A stretch of 24,000 nt of DNA, taken from the NCBI GenBank assembly GCA_964369045.1, contig CAYJDY010000010.1, forward strand, positions 3,333 through 27,332. The letters run 5' to 3'. Position 1 is the stretch's first letter, and every line of letters begins with the position of its first letter. Positions 23,164 to 24,000 of the stretch are shown in pieces. The DNA is from an uncultured Candidatus Saccharibacteria bacterium (GTDB lineage: Bacteria > Patescibacteriota > Saccharimonadia > Saccharimonadales > AWTP1-31). A program made the position numbers and the translations under genes. The notes beneath the pieces are model-generated. The model saw nothing but the letters and a program-made list of their open reading frames with translations. It searched no databases and was not told where the DNA came from.

Positions 23164-24000
23164 ATGATTATTGTAGTGCTAATCCTACTTGGGCTATGCT
23201 TCGGCAGTTTCGTGAACGCACTTGTATGGCGTATCTATAAACAAGATTCTAAATCAAAGGCAAAGAAGCAGAGTAAATCCAAAGAGGACTATTCTATTCT
23301 GCACGGACGCTCCATGTGTACACACTGTGGGCACACGCTGTCCGCACTAGATCTAATTCCGGTTTTGAGCTGGTTAAGCCTTAGTGGCAAGTGTCGATAC
23401 TGTCACAGGCCGATTTCATGGCAGTATCCACTGGTAGAGCTTCTTACGGCCTGTTTGTTTGTTGCCTCGTATTTATTTTGGCCTGAACCCTTGCAGGGCT
23501 ATCAGATTGTCTCGCTATGCTTCTGGCTGATATATGTTATTGGATTTACGGCCTTGGCCGTCTATGACCTTCGCTGGTTCCTATTACCAAACAGGATAAT
23601 CTTCCCGCTCATGTATCTAGCAGGTGCACAGTTCTTGGTTCATATGATCTTTTTTGATGGTGGTACGGCGCTTATCATAAATACCGTCGGTGGTATCTTA
23701 GTCGGCGGTGGTATCTTCTACCTTTTATTTCAGTTGTCGAAAGGCAAATGGATAGGTGGTGGTGATGTTAAACTGGGTTTTCTTCTCGGTGCTATCCTAG
23801 CCAGCGCAAGTAGTAGCTTGCTGCTCATTTTTATTGCTTCACTAATTGGTACGGTCGTTTCGATACCAATTCTAGCTACTAAGCGATTAACGAAACAGGC
23901 GCATGTGCCATTCGGGCCATTTTTGCTCTCGGCAGCTGTTATTGTGCAGCTATTTGGGGCTGATATGATTGCTTGGTACAAAGGCGTTATTGGCCTGTAA
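23164..24000 (+). CDS. pilD: Prepilin peptidase / N-methyltransferase PilD (peptidase A24)
   Basis: It has the N-terminal Cys motif CTHCGHTL...GKCRYCHRPISWQYPLVELL, multiple TM helices and the catalytic-region motif GGGDVKL. The stop codon is at 23998-24000. TGcTAGAAT (23149-23157) lies 6 nt upstream of the ATG. Confidence 0.9.
   Translation: MIIVVLILLGLCFGSFVNALVWRIYKQDSKSKAKKQSKSKEDYSILHGRSMCTHCGHTLSALDLIPVLSWLSLSGKCRYCHRPISWQYPLVELLTACLFVASYLFWPEPLQGYQIVSLCFWLIYVIGFTALAVYDLRWFLLPNRIIFPLMYLAGAQFLVHMIFFDGGTALIINTVGGILVGGGIFYLLFQLSKGKWIGGGDVKLGFLLGAILASASSSLLLIFIASLIGTVVSIPILATKRLTKQAHVPFGPFLLSAAVIVQLFGADMIAWYKGVIGL

Overview
The window has three parts. (1) 1-4242 is a housekeeping block: the rpsR 3' end, efp, a tlyA-like rRNA methyltransferase, a PRTase-like gene, hypotheticals and ychF. 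(2) About 4243-12560 is an ~8.3 kb integrated island. It is driven by a large serine recombinase plus an excisionase-type HTH gene and sits directly against the 5' end of ychF. It has no phage structural genes and no conjugation genes. Its right half carries an uncharacterised cargo module. That module has a 567-aa protein with an ADP-ribosyltransferase/Tpt1-like 'YHGT' signature and a coupled 116-aa protein. It also has a metallophosphoesterase with degenerate metal ligands, a 70-aa divergent ORF and an AlkB-like 2OG-Fe(II) oxygenase. I consider this module the best candidate for an undescribed system, either an NAD-dependent nucleic-acid/protein modification module or a repair/counter-defence module. 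The island also holds a 55-bp-periodic operator/iteron-like repeat array whose motifs recur at a second island promoter. (3) 12724-24000 is a secretin-less type IV pilus locus (pilM-N-O-small TM-pilB-pilT-pilC-pilin-pilD). It is preceded by a membrane-anchored protein and a 750-aa secreted protein. Many genes have a TAnAAT box 6-11 nt upstream of the start codon, which suggests leaderless mRNAs. The gene content and compact layout fit a reduced-genome, monoderm-like lineage such as Saccharibacteria/CPR, but that is only an inference. All functional calls rest on motif recognition by eye; no searches were run.
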